Source: Candidatus Latescibacterota bacterium (GTDB taxonomy: Bacteria; Latescibacterota; UBA2968; GCA-2709665). From it: a stretch of 64,000 nt of DNA. This document shows positions 45,379 to 55,988 of the stretch, one piece after another; the first letter of the stretch is position 1; the number at the start of each line of letters is the position of its first letter. The translations under genes and the position numbers were made by a program. The notes beneath the pieces are model-generated. The model made no database searches. It saw only the letters and a list, made by a program, of their open reading frames with translations, and was not told where the DNA came from. The stretch covers positions 64,001 to 128,000 of the forward strand of contig CAXXXF010000013.1 in assembly GCA_963667175.2 (NCBI GenBank), in the 5' to 3' direction.

Positions 45379-48300
45379 TCATCCGGCCGTCCGCTCCCGC
45401 CGCTCGCGCAGATACGCAGCCAGCAGGAAGAGCAGCGGCGCCAGGCCGAGCACGACCATTGCAATGCCGTTCCACTGATAAACGGATTCCGTTGTCCGTT
45501 GAATGAACGCGATTCCAGGGCCCGGGATGAGCGCGGCGGACCAGACGGCGACGAGATAGGCCATCAGGTTGAACCGGATCAGCCAGGCGACCAGGAAAAC
45601 CAGTACGCCCAGTTCCACAAGCGCGATGCCGGCCAGAACGGTGAAGTGATAAAAACTCCTGGCCGGTGCGACCGCCTCCGCAGACAACATGGCAACCGCG
45701 ATTCCTGCCACAATCAGCCACGGTCGTTTCACTCCGGTCTTCCAGACCAAAAGGATTGCCAGCACCGCGAATGGGTCGATCAGGTCCAGGGCCGCGTCAC
45801 TGAAGGCGTTGAAGAAGGGAAGAAAGGCATTTACCCGCGGCATGTTGAATCCGCCTGCCTCCAGATACTCCGTCAAACCATTGTACTTCACATATAAACC
45901 GATACTTTCCGTGCCCGCCCGAAGCAACAGGAATGCTGCGCCCAGCGCCAGCGTGCCCGCCCAGAATCGCGCGCTTCCCTCCCGCATCCGCAAGAGGCCC
46001 AGCCATCTGCCGGTCCCCATCTCTTCCGGGTAGAGCGACCTCTTCAACCCAATCATTAACGCCAACACTACGGCCAGCGCCAGCCCCATAATCGGCGTGC
46101 CAATCAACCATAAGACACCCTGGATCCCCAGGTAGGTCGCGATCGACTGGCTCGTATCGTAACCATGGAAGAAGGCGGGTAAGGAGTTGATCCAATTCAA
46201 CAGCATCAATAACACAACCACAATGCCGATGGTAATCGGTAGCCTCCAGTGCATCTCCTTCGCCCTGTAGAGTCGGAAGAAATAGACCCCGGCCAGTATG
46301 AGCGTCGCCAGCCCCAGGAGGACGGGCACAATTGAAGCCAACGCCTGTCCGGTGCCGCGTTCCCGGAGAGATCGAAGGAACTCCTCCGGCGCCTTGTATT
46401 GCGCACTGAAAAATCCCACCTCGTCGCCCTGGACCCGCGCATTCACGCGGAACTCGCCGTCCTCGATTTTCCGGTCGATCCGCTCCCAGACGAAATGGTG
46501 GTCCATCCGTTCCTTTTCCTTCTCCGAACGGGCCTCCAGCAGCTTGTATTGCGTTGAATCCGTCACGGGCCGCTCGAACCTCTCCACAACAAACGCCTCC
46601 GCCTTCGCTCGCGCCGCTTCGGTCTCCAATTCGGGTCCCGCCCGAGTCTCCGGGATGATGTGGTTGACGCCAACAACGCTGCCCGACGCGTCCACGCGGA
46701 CCTGGATCTCCTCCTTCTCCATCGGCTTGAACCAGCGTACGTGCCAGTGCCAGGGCGACGTGTTCTCTGCCATGAGGGTATCCGCGCGCGCAACCCCCGC
46801 GTTTCGGATCAGATACGTATAGTGGGAGGAGCCAACTCCGCTGCGAAACTGTACCGACCTGCGGTATTCCGACACATCCAATCCAAGTTCCTCACAAAAC
46901 GCCTCCGCGACACCTATCGCCTGGCGCCGGCTTACTTCGAGCTTCAACGTGCGCGAGCCGAACCGATCCACCTGGAACCCGATCATCAGCGCGATCCCTG
47001 CGACAATGCACACCCCGACGGCAATCCACCTCTGTCGATCCGGCAAGTACGCTTCGGGGTCTCTTTGAGTGACGGACGCCTGAACGGGCTCGGGCGCCGG
47101 TTCCTCCGTTTCGGCCGGTTCATCAGGCGCCTCTTCATCTACCGCTTCTTCAACTTCCTCGGATCGGGACCTCCCGGTCAGGACCGCGAACGCCGCGGGG
47201 ATGGCCGGCACCAGCAGGATTCCGATGACGAGCACGCCGGACACCTGGAAGTAGAGGCTGGATGACTTCACCATCGGCAGCGCCACGATGAACGCGTTAA
47301 TCGCGTAGTGGGCGATGACGGGCGCCCAGATCCCGAAACGCAGGAACAGGATGCCAAAGACGATCCCGATGACGGTGATCTCAATTCCTCGTATGTATAT
47401 GGGCTCATGGGGATAGTTTGAATGCAGGAACGCCCACACGATCGCTGACAGCAACACCGCCAGCCACCGTTGTTTCAACCACCTGATCAGCAGGGGAATG
47501 GCCAGCAGACGGAAGAAAAACTCCTCGACCGCCGCGGCGGACAGTCCCACCAGCAACGGGTAGATCCAGGGAATGGCCGTGCTGAACGCGTTGTCGTACT
47601 CGCTGACGTCGGCGGGCACCCAGACGTCGAAATACCGTCCGCCCAGCAGATAAAATACGGCGACGTATCCCAGAACGGCCCCGGCTGCGCCGTAACCCAC
47701 AACCGTGGACCGCAGGAATCCGGCCGTAAAAAGTCCTCTGAGCGAAAGGCGCCCGATCGGGCTCGCGCGACCCTCGGACATTACGTCTCTTTCCAGAACG
47801 CCGCCCGCGGTCCCGGCCAGGCAGACGACTCCGCCGTAAACCGCCGCGATCAGAACGACACTGAACAGAACCGTCACCAGAAAGGCGCCGTATGAGATCG
47901 TTGTATCGAAATTATACAGCGCAAGCGGCAAGGCGTTGACGTTTGCCGCAAGCCAGGCGACGGCCACGAGTGTACCGACGATGAGTCCGGCCTGCCAGCG
48001 CAACCGCTTCCGGCGATAGTTCTTGACCAGAATCACCAGCATGGCGACGCCGAGCGCGAGCCAGAACGGCAGAAAGACCTGAGTCAACAGATTCGCCCTC
48101 GAACGCACTTCGCGGTAACTCCGGGAGAAACTGTCCGGCACTTTCAGGTACTCGCTGAACCGCCCGACTCGGTCCCCGTGAACCACGACGTCCAGCCGGT
48201 AGTGCCCGTCGTCACCTACCGTGAAGTCCTTCTTCCTGTACGCGAACTGATGATCCACCCGCGCCTTGCGTTCCGTGCTGGACCGGTCGATCAACGCATA

Positions 48301-48789
48301 GACGTCAAGGTCGTACCCCTGGGTTTCTCTCAGGAAATCAGACGCGATTGCCAGCGCGTCGTCCTGCGCAAGGTTTGCGCCTTCGTCCGATTCCAGGATG
48401 CGGTGCGAGAATCCGACGATTCGCCCGCCCGGATCCAGCCCCACCCGAAGTTCCTCCTTCTGCAACGGCCTGAACCACCGCACGCTCCAGGCCCAGACCG
48501 ACAACCATTCCCTGGCGAGCCGGTTCGTCTCCTCCAGGCCCAGCGTCTGCTCCAGGAAAATCTGCTGCATCTGGCTGCTTGAAAATATCTGGGCGCTCTC
48601 GTAGCCGGCAAGATCGTACCCCAGGTTCTCCAGGTAACCCTGTGCCTTTTGGTGTACTTCGTCGCGGCTCAGCTTGAAGTCCAGCGACGCGGACGGAATC
48701 GCCTCGTGATAGAAATTCAGAAAAACCGCCAACCCGCCCACGCCCAGTACCACGAAAACCAGCAACCACATCGCATCACGACGGTCCAT
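45379..48789 (-). CDS. Large membrane protein with a CPBP (CAAX/Abi) intramembrane protease domain
   Basis: AGGAG RBS; EEFFFR, WAFLH and HYAIN motifs; many TM helices. Confidence 0.82.
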   Translation of the reverse strand: MDRRDAMWLLVFVVLGVGGLAVFLNFYHEAIPSASLDFKLSRDEVHQKAQGYLENLGYDLAGYESAQIFSSSQMQQIFLEQTLGLEETNRLAREWLSVWAWSVRWFRPLQKEELRVGLDPGGRIVGFSHRILESDEGANLAQDDALAIASDFLRETQGYDLDVYALIDRSSTERKARVDHQFAYRKKDFTVGDDGHYRLDVVVHGDRVGRFSEYLKVPDSFSRSYREVRSRANLLTQVFLPFWLALGVAMLVILVKNYRRKRLRWQAGLIVGTLVAVAWLAANVNALPLALYNFDTTISYGAFLVTVLFSVVLIAAVYGGVVCLAGTAGGVLERDVMSEGRASPIGRLSLRGLFTAGFLRSTVVGYGAAGAVLGYVAVFYLLGGRYFDVWVPADVSEYDNAFSTAIPWIYPLLVGLSAAAVEEFFFRLLAIPLLIRWLKQRWLAVLLSAIVWAFLHSNYPHEPIYIRGIEITVIGIVFGILFLRFGIWAPVIAHYAINAFIVALPMVKSSSLYFQVSGVLVIGILLVPAIPAAFAVLTGRSRSEEVEEAVDEEAPDEPAETEEPAPEPVQASVTQRDPEAYLPDRQRWIAVGVCIVAGIALMIGFQVDRFGSRTLKLEVSRRQAIGVAEAFCEELGLDVSEYRRSVQFRSGVGSSHYTYLIRNAGVARADTLMAENTSPWHWHVRWFKPMEKEEIQVRVDASGSVVGVNHIIPETRAGPELETEAARAKAEAFVVERFERPVTDSTQYKLLEARSEKEKERMDHHFVWERIDRKIEDGEFRVNARVQGDEVGFFSAQYKAPEEFLRSLRERGTGQALASIVPVLLGLATLILAGVYFFRLYRAKEMHWRLPITIGIVVVLLMLLNWINSLPAFFHGYDTSQSIATYLGIQGVLWLIGTPIMGLALAVVLALMIGLKRSLYPEEMGTGRWLGLLRMREGSARFWAGTLALGAAFLLLRAGTESIGLYVKYNGLTEYLEAGGFNMPRVNAFLPFFNAFSDAALDLIDPFAVLAILLVWKTGVKRPWLIVAGIAVAMLSAEAVAPARSFYHFTVLAGIALVELGVLVFLVAWLIRFNLMAYLVAVWSAALIPGPGIAFIQRTTESVYQWNGIAMVVLGLAPLLFLLAAYLRERRERTAG

Positions 48790-49007
48790 CAACCACTCCT
48801 TTGAATCTGGTCTGCAAGCAAAGGGGATTCTACACCCGCAATGTAAAGACGCGGGGAAGGCGGGCACAAGGAAAAACCCTGGCGACCAATCCATTCGATT
48901 CGGTTGCCATCTGTGTTGTTTCGTCCTATCTTGGTTTCTCCGGCGACCGTTCAATCAAGGTAACGTCGGGACTGTAGACGTTCCAGGCGCATGTCGGCGT
49001 CCGGACC

Positions 49008-49036
49008 GTAGGGGCAGGTTTCAAACCTGCCCCTAC
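49008..49036. repeat. REP-like palindrome
   Basis: GTAGGGGCAGGTTTCAAACCTGCCCCTAC, a perfect hairpin with a GTAG end. Confidence 0.7.
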
Positions 49037-49088
49037 TTGCCCATGTTTGCGCCAGGCTGATTCTCAATATTGACCAGGAGAGGATACA

Positions 49089-51158
49089 ATGGAAGAGACC
49101 GGGAAGCTCATTCGCCGAAGACTCACGGTAAACCCTGCCGGTGACGTCGGAAATCTTCAGGATTTCCCGCTCCTCGTGGTCCTGCGCGACGATGGACTCA
49201 AATCCGCCGACAACGGAGGGCGTGTTCGTGGAGACGACGGCGGCGACGTCCACTTCGTCTCGCTCGAAGGCGATGCGCTGGCGTACTGCATCGAGTCCTA
49301 CGTTCCCGAAACCGGCGCCCTGAGCGCACGGGTCAGGATCCCTTCTTTCACCGGGGCCACAAGTCTGTACCTCTGCTATGGCGGAGTACCGGTTTCATCC
49401 CCGGATCGTGTATGGGATCCACATTTCAAATTGGTCCGCCTCCACAGCAGCGATGCGCGATCCGAATCGCTCGACGACGTCCAGGCCCTCACCGTGGAGG
49501 CCTGGATCGACAGCAGACAGTCGAACACCGATGCCTTCCAGGTCCTGGTTGCCAGGTGGTCGTTGCGACCGGTAATGGACCGGTTCGAGTCCTACGATGC
49601 CGGGGACACCGACGGCCTGGACACGAAGGGTTATTTCGGCGCCGTCTCGGACGGACGCTACGTATACTTTGCACCGCAGCTCAATGCGTCCCAGGACCGT
49701 CACGGCCAGGTCCTGCGATACGACTCCCGGGGGGCGTTCGACGATCCCGATAGCTGGGAAGGATACGACGCGGGCTGCACCGACGGCCTGAACACGAAAG
49801 GGTACTACGGCGTCGTGCACGCCGGGAACCACATCTATTTTGTCCCGCGTACCGACTGCGATACCCTTCACAGCCGCATTCTGCGATATGACCGGAGCGG
49901 GGAGTTCCGGGATCCTGGTAGCTGGGAGGCATACGATATCGGGAGGACCATGGCCTGCCAGAGCGCCGCGTACGACGGTCGATATATCTACCTGTCGCCC
50001 GGATACTACGGGGATTCGGGCGAATCGGGTAAAGCCCTCCGTGTCGATACCCGGGGCGGCTTCAAGGATCCGGACAGCTATGTGATTTTCGACGCCGGGA
50101 ATACCGACGGTCTGGAGTCGAGGAACTACGACGGCGCCACCTTCGACGGACGTTACGTCTATTACTCGCCGCTCAACGACCGCGGCATCGTGCTCCGCCA
50201 CGATACCCGCGGCGGGTTCGACGATCCTGCCGCCTGGCAGGCGCTGGATGCCAGTGCTCATGGAATGGGGATGTGCGTGGGCGCCGTTTTCGACGGCCGC
50301 TACGTCTATTACGTCCCGTACGCCCACAGCAACGCCGTCAGATACGATACCCGGGGCGACTTCAAGGATCCGGACCGCTGGGAAGCCTACGACGCGGCCG
50401 GAACGTCCGGCCTGCACACAAAAGGCTACGACGGCGCGGCCTTCGACGGCCAATACGTCTACTACGTACCGTTCTACGAGGGCGACGAACCCCAACGGGG
50501 ATTCCACTGCCGCGTCCTGCGCTACAACACCTGCATGAACTTCACCGATAAGGCCGCGTGGGACGCCGCCGACGGAGGCGTTTTCACCTTCCCGCCGAAC
50601 CCGGGCGGGTTCAATGGCGGCGCGTTCGACGGACGATACGTGTACTTCTCGCCGTGGCGCGAAGACCCGGATGAAAGCGACAACCGCGAATACACGCCCC
50701 ATGGAAAGGTGTTGCGCTACGATACCGCGGATGAGGCCTCCTTTGCGCTCAAATACGCCGAATGCGGTCACAACGGCGGTCTTTGCGCCTCGCTCCCGGG
50801 TCCGACCTTCACCATCAACACGGAACGCGGCACCCGGAGCGTGCGCGCCAACAGGACGCTGAGCCCGGGCCGGCATCATCTGTCGGGCGTATACGACGGC
50901 GAACGGGCGACGCTCTATATCGACGGCAGGCCGGTGGACTCGGTCGAAGCATCCGGCTCCGTCCGGTCCGGCCAGACTCCGATCAGCATCGGCCGGCTCG
51001 CGGGCGGCGGGGCGCCGTTCCAGGGCGACATCGATGAGGTCCGCATCTCGACGACGGCCAGATCCGATCGGTGGATCAATGCCACATATCAGAATCTTTC
51101 GAATCCGACGGAATTCGTCCGCCTGGGGCCTGAAGAAAAAATGGACCATGCGCAATAG
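49089..51158 (+). CDS. DUF2341-like / LamG protein with an inserted beta-propeller repeat block
   Basis: N-terminal DFPLLV; repeats of G..FDGRYVY..P; C-terminal H..GVYDG...LYIDG and FQGDIDEVRIS. Confidence 0.7.
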   Translation: MEETGKLIRRRLTVNPAGDVGNLQDFPLLVVLRDDGLKSADNGGRVRGDDGGDVHFVSLEGDALAYCIESYVPETGALSARVRIPSFTGATSLYLCYGGVPVSSPDRVWDPHFKLVRLHSSDARSESLDDVQALTVEAWIDSRQSNTDAFQVLVARWSLRPVMDRFESYDAGDTDGLDTKGYFGAVSDGRYVYFAPQLNASQDRHGQVLRYDSRGAFDDPDSWEGYDAGCTDGLNTKGYYGVVHAGNHIYFVPRTDCDTLHSRILRYDRSGEFRDPGSWEAYDIGRTMACQSAAYDGRYIYLSPGYYGDSGESGKALRVDTRGGFKDPDSYVIFDAGNTDGLESRNYDGATFDGRYVYYSPLNDRGIVLRHDTRGGFDDPAAWQALDASAHGMGMCVGAVFDGRYVYYVPYAHSNAVRYDTRGDFKDPDRWEAYDAAGTSGLHTKGYDGAAFDGQYVYYVPFYEGDEPQRGFHCRVLRYNTCMNFTDKAAWDAADGGVFTFPPNPGGFNGGAFDGRYVYFSPWREDPDESDNREYTPHGKVLRYDTADEASFALKYAECGHNGGLCASLPGPTFTINTERGTRSVRANRTLSPGRHHLSGVYDGERATLYIDGRPVDSVEASGSVRSGQTPISIGRLAGGGAPFQGDIDEVRISTTARSDRWINATYQNLSNPTEFVRLGPEEKMDHAQ

Positions 51159-51191
51159 CACATGGCCCGGATCCGGCGTCCTGTTCCAGAA

Positions 51192-52094
51192 TTATCTCAC
51201 CGGTCTCCCGCCGATCCTCGCGCCCGCCTGTACGTGTACTTCGATTCCGTGCCCGGAGTCTTCCATCAGGTCGTCGTCAAAGACGACCCTTCCCGGCTCG
51301 AACAACAGCACGAGCGTGGATCCCCCGAACTGAAAATAACCCTTCTCCTGACCCCGGTCGACCCGGCCCGGCGTGTACGTCTCAACGATGCTGCCCACCG
51401 CAAAGCCGCCGATTTCCACGTACGCGATCCTCCCGAACCCGTCCGAATCGAACGTTGTAATCGCGCGTTTGTTTCGCCAGAATACGCCGGGCGCCCTGGC
51501 AAGGCCCAGCGGGTTGACAATAAAGTACCGCCCCGCGACCACGCGCGCCGGACCGGCCGTTCCGGAATCCGGAAAGTGGAACCGGTGATAGTCGCAGGGC
51601 GCGAGCCGCACGACCAGCGCCGAGCCGTGGAGAAAAGGAACCGCCTCCTCCTCGGAATCCAGCAGGCGTTGCAGGGGAACGGGGGCTCCCTTGACAGGGA
51701 TCCGTGCGCCTTCAATGAGTTGCGGATAGACCAGGACTTTCCCGTCCGCGGGGCAGGACAGCGCGCCGGGTTCCGGGGCGAACGGTCGGGCGCCGGGTTT
51801 CAACCGGCGGGTGAAGAACGCGTTGAAGGTCGGATACCGATCCAGGGGAAATTCGATCTCTTCCACGTCGATGCCGTACTCCCGCACGAAACGGGAGATT
51901 CTCCGGCGGCTACCCGGACGCGTCTGCAACCAGCCATACAACCGGCAGAAAACGGAGTTGTTCAGCAGCAGGTGGAAGAGCCCCAGGACGAAAGGAGCGT
52001 GGAACACTCGCTGGAAGAAGGCGTAGGACAGCGGCTCCGCTATCGTCCGTCCGGACCTTCGATCGCGATAGGTAATCCCGGAATCGTTATCCAT
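51192..52094 (-). CDS. psd: Phosphatidylserine decarboxylase
   Basis: FNAFFTRRLK, PADG, RLAPCDYHRFHFP and the self-cleavage motif FGGST. Confidence 0.9.
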   Translation of the reverse strand: MDNDSGITYRDRRSGRTIAEPLSYAFFQRVFHAPFVLGLFHLLLNNSVFCRLYGWLQTRPGSRRRISRFVREYGIDVEEIEFPLDRYPTFNAFFTRRLKPGARPFAPEPGALSCPADGKVLVYPQLIEGARIPVKGAPVPLQRLLDSEEEAVPFLHGSALVVRLAPCDYHRFHFPDSGTAGPARVVAGRYFIVNPLGLARAPGVFWRNKRAITTFDSDGFGRIAYVEIGGFAVGSIVETYTPGRVDRGQEKGYFQFGGSTLVLLFEPGRVVFDDDLMEDSGHGIEVHVQAGARIGGRPVR

Positions 52095-53922
52095 CTTCCT
52101 GCCGGGACGCCGGAATAACGGGAAGGACAATATGAGAGGGGTGATCCGGGTCGTGATAGATCACGTTTTCCGCCAGCGCAACGCGGCGGTCCCGGCCCAA
52201 CGCGCCACCCGTATTCGGATTGATATCGAATCTGGGAAAATTGCTGCTGGAGACGTCGAGCCGGATCCGGTGCCCTGCGTCGAAGACGGTTGAGGTGGGA
52301 TACATGACGATTTCCAGTTCATAGATTTCGCCTGGCGCCATCAATTCGGGTTTGTCCCGCGAACGCCGGTACCGACCCCGGATGATGCTGTCCGTGATAT
52401 TCTGCGCGAAGCCGTCGGGATGGTCCTCGTTCGGTGGATGCACGTCGATCAGCTTCACCGTAAAATCCGTATCCTTCGCCGACGAGGAGGCCCACAGTTT
52501 CGCCGTTAGCGGTCCCGTCACTTCAAGCGGCTTGTCCAATTCCGGGGTCTGGAAGACGAGGACGTCGCCGCGGGCCGACAACGGCAGGGTGTCCATGCAT
52601 CCGTAAAAGCGCGAGTCGCCGCGCTGGTCGTACGCGCCGGCAACGAGAATCGGATCCCCCGCGGACAGGTTGCCGCCGACCGTGGGAACCGGATCCCGGG
52701 GATCGAACGTGTAACGACTCGGCTCCGAGGGCTCCGGCATGTCCTCTGCGATCGTGCCGTCCGAATGCAGATAATACGGCGTAAACCGTGTTCCGGGCAA
52801 AGGCCAGTCCTCAACGTCCCGCCAGGCGCCCATACAGTTAAGGCGCCCCTCCCGGTTTTTGCGTCCGTCACCGCCGCCCATGACGAAGATACGAACCGGC
52901 TTTTCGCGGTCGACTCCGTTGTCGATTCCCTTCAGCCAACGGTCGAACCAGCGCAGCCGGTACCCATCGTAATCGTCAAGGACCGATTCCGATCCGAAGT
53001 CCACGTCTCCCGCGAAGGAGTTCCCCCAGCCGCCGTGGGTCCACGGGCCCATCAACAGATGCTGCGGGGATTTCATCCGTTTCGACAACGAAACGTAATT
53101 CGCCGTGGTTCCCCGGGTATATGTGTCGTACCACCCGCCCAGATAAATCGTGGGCACGTCGGCGTGTTCGTCGTAGTAGTGGTCGATCGCGTATCCCCGC
53201 TGCTTCCAATAGTCGTTGAAATCGCCTTCTCCCAGAAGATCCAGGACCCACTGTTCATAGGAAGGCAGAAACCGCAGGGCGGACGATCCTTTCCTGTAGG
53301 GCGTCCGTGTCAGCCATTCGCCGACCCTCGCGAAATCCGCGTCCAGTGCGGCCTTCAGCGCCGCGTCCGCGAGCGCCTCCCTGCTGGTTGTCGCCATCCG
53401 GAACGCGTATATCATGAACCGCAACTCCAGGGCGCCGTTCTGCCGCATCGAACTGGTGTGATAGTTCGACGTGCCAACCGCGACGACCATGGCTTTCAGA
53501 TGGGGCGGATTCAGGGTGGCAAGCGCGCTCTGGTCGCTTCCACAGTACGATCCGCCCATCGTGCCCACGTTTCCGTCGCACCAGGGCTGCGCGGCCACCC
53601 ATTCCACGGTATCGTACCCGTCCGGCGCCTCCTTTGCAAACGGATGCCACGTGCCTTCCGATTCAAACCGCCCCCGGACGTCCTGACGCACGCCCACGTA
53701 CCCTCTTCGCGCGAGATACCGGCCTTCGCTGAATTTCGACTCCTTATCGTACGGCGTGCGCTCGATTACCGCGGGAAACGCGCCCTGTACGATGTTTCCG
53801 TGCTTCGAAGGGAAATACAGATCGGTCGCCAGCTTCACGCCGTCCCGCATGGGTACCATCACGTTCCTGCGGACGATCACTTCGTATTCGATCCACGATC
53901 CCCTTACCTCGGATGCCGCCAT
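52087..53922 (-). CDS. CocE/NonD family hydrolase
   Basis: MRDGVKLATDLY, RTPY, DVRGRFESEG, GGSY, GPWTH and SSSNFPRF. Confidence 0.92.
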   Translation of the reverse strand: MAASEVRGSWIEYEVIVRRNVMVPMRDGVKLATDLYFPSKHGNIVQGAFPAVIERTPYDKESKFSEGRYLARRGYVGVRQDVRGRFESEGTWHPFAKEAPDGYDTVEWVAAQPWCDGNVGTMGGSYCGSDQSALATLNPPHLKAMVVAVGTSNYHTSSMRQNGALELRFMIYAFRMATTSREALADAALKAALDADFARVGEWLTRTPYRKGSSALRFLPSYEQWVLDLLGEGDFNDYWKQRGYAIDHYYDEHADVPTIYLGGWYDTYTRGTTANYVSLSKRMKSPQHLLMGPWTHGGWGNSFAGDVDFGSESVLDDYDGYRLRWFDRWLKGIDNGVDREKPVRIFVMGGGDGRKNREGRLNCMGAWRDVEDWPLPGTRFTPYYLHSDGTIAEDMPEPSEPSRYTFDPRDPVPTVGGNLSAGDPILVAGAYDQRGDSRFYGCMDTLPLSARGDVLVFQTPELDKPLEVTGPLTAKLWASSSAKDTDFTVKLIDVHPPNEDHPDGFAQNITDSIIRGRYRRSRDKPELMAPGEIYELEIVMYPTSTVFDAGHRIRLDVSSSNFPRFDINPNTGGALGRDRRVALAENVIYHDPDHPSHIVLPVIPASRQEDG

Positions 53923-53950
53923 TGCAATCCTCTCCAATACCGTTTGACGC

Positions 53951-55051
53951 TCATTGCCGGTCTTCAAAATGTCCGGCGTCCCGCAGGGCCGCCACGCCCG
54001 AACCGCGCGCTGCGAGCGGGAAATCGACGGGCTGATTTCCCGTCAACTGGGACTGGTAGATCGCCATGACCATTTCCAGGGACCTGAGGCCCACCCGTCC
54101 GTCGCTGCGCAATTTCCCGCGGTCCTCCAGCGCATCGACGAGTTCGTTCAGCGCCAGAACGTAGGTTGACGCGGGCGATGGATGGTCGACGGGCGTGTGC
54201 TTCAGGGAATGCCACTGAAACCCGCTGTCCGGTTCGTAGTCGTCCTCTACCGCGCGGAAGAGATGGACCCGTTCGCCGAGAAAACGGATCACGCCTTCGG
54301 TCCCGCGCAACTCGAACGCGTTGTCCGTATAGGACGTCAACTCGGCGCCGTGGACCAGACCCGTCGTACCGTTCCTGAATTTCATGATCGCGGCGCCGAA
54401 GTCCTCCACGGCCCAGGGACGCATCCGCTGCTCGGCCATCCCGCACAACCAGGCCACCTCTCCGGCGTACATGTCCATCAGGTCGAAATAGTGGGTAAAG
54501 TCGTGCAGAAACGGACCCTCATTCTCGCTTCGCCACGAAGGGTCCGGCTTGCCGCCGTCCATATAACAGTAAATGTGGTTCAGCTCTCCGATCTCGCCGT
54601 CCCGCAGCAGTTGCAGTCCCATGTTCCACTCGGGAGACCATCGCCGGTTGTGGTTGATCTGAAGCAGGATGCCCGCGCTGTCGCAGGCGCCGATCATCCG
54701 GTCGCATTCCTCCAGGGACAGCGCCATCGGCTTTTCGCAGATGATCGCCTTCGTGGCGGGCGCCGCGGCGCATGTTTCCACCATCTCGCAATGCAGTTCC
54801 GGATGGGTGGCCACAATGCAGATATCCGGCCTGACTTCGTCCAGCATGCGCCGGTAGTCGTGATAGATCGCCTCAATCCCGTATCGCTGCCCGAAGATCT
54901 CCAGTTTTTCGCGACCCCGGTTCACCCCCGCCACCAGTTCGCAGTCCGGGTGTTCGCCCAGGGCATCGGCGTGGTTGTCGGGCAGGTCCCCGAAACTGAA
55001 CTGGTATCCCACCCGGCCCGTGCCGATGATCGCCACGCGATATTTCGTCAT
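53951..55051 (-). CDS. Gfo/Idh/MocA family oxidoreductase
   Basis: IIGTGRVG, CEKPMA and THYFD. Confidence 0.88.
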   Translation of the reverse strand: MTKYRVAIIGTGRVGYQFSFGDLPDNHADALGEHPDCELVAGVNRGREKLEIFGQRYGIEAIYHDYRRMLDEVRPDICIVATHPELHCEMVETCAAAPATKAIICEKPMALSLEECDRMIGACDSAGILLQINHNRRWSPEWNMGLQLLRDGEIGELNHIYCYMDGGKPDPSWRSENEGPFLHDFTHYFDLMDMYAGEVAWLCGMAEQRMRPWAVEDFGAAIMKFRNGTTGLVHGAELTSYTDNAFELRGTEGVIRFLGERVHLFRAVEDDYEPDSGFQWHSLKHTPVDHPSPASTYVLALNELVDALEDRGKLRSDGRVGLRSLEMVMAIYQSQLTGNQPVDFPLAARGSGVAALRDAGHFEDRQ

Positions 55052-55088
55052 CAGAACCTCTTTCATTCAAATGCCACCAACAATGAAC

Positions 55089-55754
55089 TCAGTTTTCCGC
55101 GATCCCGCCGAATTGCCACCCAATCCCGAGGCCGAATTCAAACCCGCTGTAGTTGCGCCTGCCCCCCAACGCTTCCGAAAAGTCCGTCATCAGGTTAAAT
55201 CCCAGGGTCGCATTCGTCACAACGGACCCGCCCATCCGAACGTCCAGCCCCGCGCCCGCCCGGCCCCCGAATGCCGTCATTGTCGCGGCCTTCTGAACCA
55301 CCTGTATTCCGACGTCGTTCCGGGCTTCAAAGCCGGCGACGGGTCCAATCCCCGCGGTCAGGAAGGGTCTGAACCGGGTTTGGAATGCAGGCGTGCCCGT
55401 GTAATATCTCACGCCGACGATTATCGGACAGATGACTGCCGCCCGCTGCGAGACGCCCGAAGGCCCAACCCGAGAACTCGCCTCGACGGCCATGACGCCG
55501 ACCGTGGCGTAACCGGCCACGTCTTGCCGCATCCAGCGCGAATAGCCCAGCGAGAAAAACAGGCCGCCCGACCCGGCGGTCGTTTCAACCCCCAACGGAC
55601 CGATCGTTGTCGCCGCGCCGCTATTTCCTCCCTGATGCCGCAGTCCCATCCTGAGTTCAATCCGGGACCGCCTTTCCATTTCGCCTGCAGATATCATCGC
55701 CGGCGTTGCCAGCAGCAGGAAACACAACAGTACCGTCGTTCTCATTGTCGTCAT
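55089..55754 (-). CDS. Exported outer-membrane beta-barrel-like protein
   Basis: Signal peptide, alternating beta-strands and C-terminal FGLGIGWQF. Confidence 0.6.
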   Translation of the reverse strand: MTTMRTTVLLCFLLLATPAMISAGEMERRSRIELRMGLRHQGGNSGAATTIGPLGVETTAGSGGLFFSLGYSRWMRQDVAGYATVGVMAVEASSRVGPSGVSQRAAVICPIIVGVRYYTGTPAFQTRFRPFLTAGIGPVAGFEARNDVGIQVVQKAATMTAFGGRAGAGLDVRMGGSVVTNATLGFNLMTDFSEALGGRRNYSGFEFGLGIGWQFGGIAEN

Positions 55755-55988
55755 CTACGTCTCCCTTCGAAGTTTTTTACTTCTGGCGTTTGCGTAATGG
55801 ACGTGAATTCGTCAACATTGCGGCGACATTTACATGGATTATTTCAAAGTAACAACGGCGGATTTACGTCGAAATTCCTCGCATCCTTTGGTCAGTGAAC
55901 CTGACTTGGTAAACGGCGCAATTTGGCCTGGTTATTTCCACGTTTCTCGTGGAATGACTACACTGACAATTGATTTTATTTGAAGAAT

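Noticed and set aside
49395-51161. 588-aa antisense ORF, and similar ones at 27068-28609, 31948-33606 and 52765-54069
   Set aside because: Opposite strands of well-supported genes.
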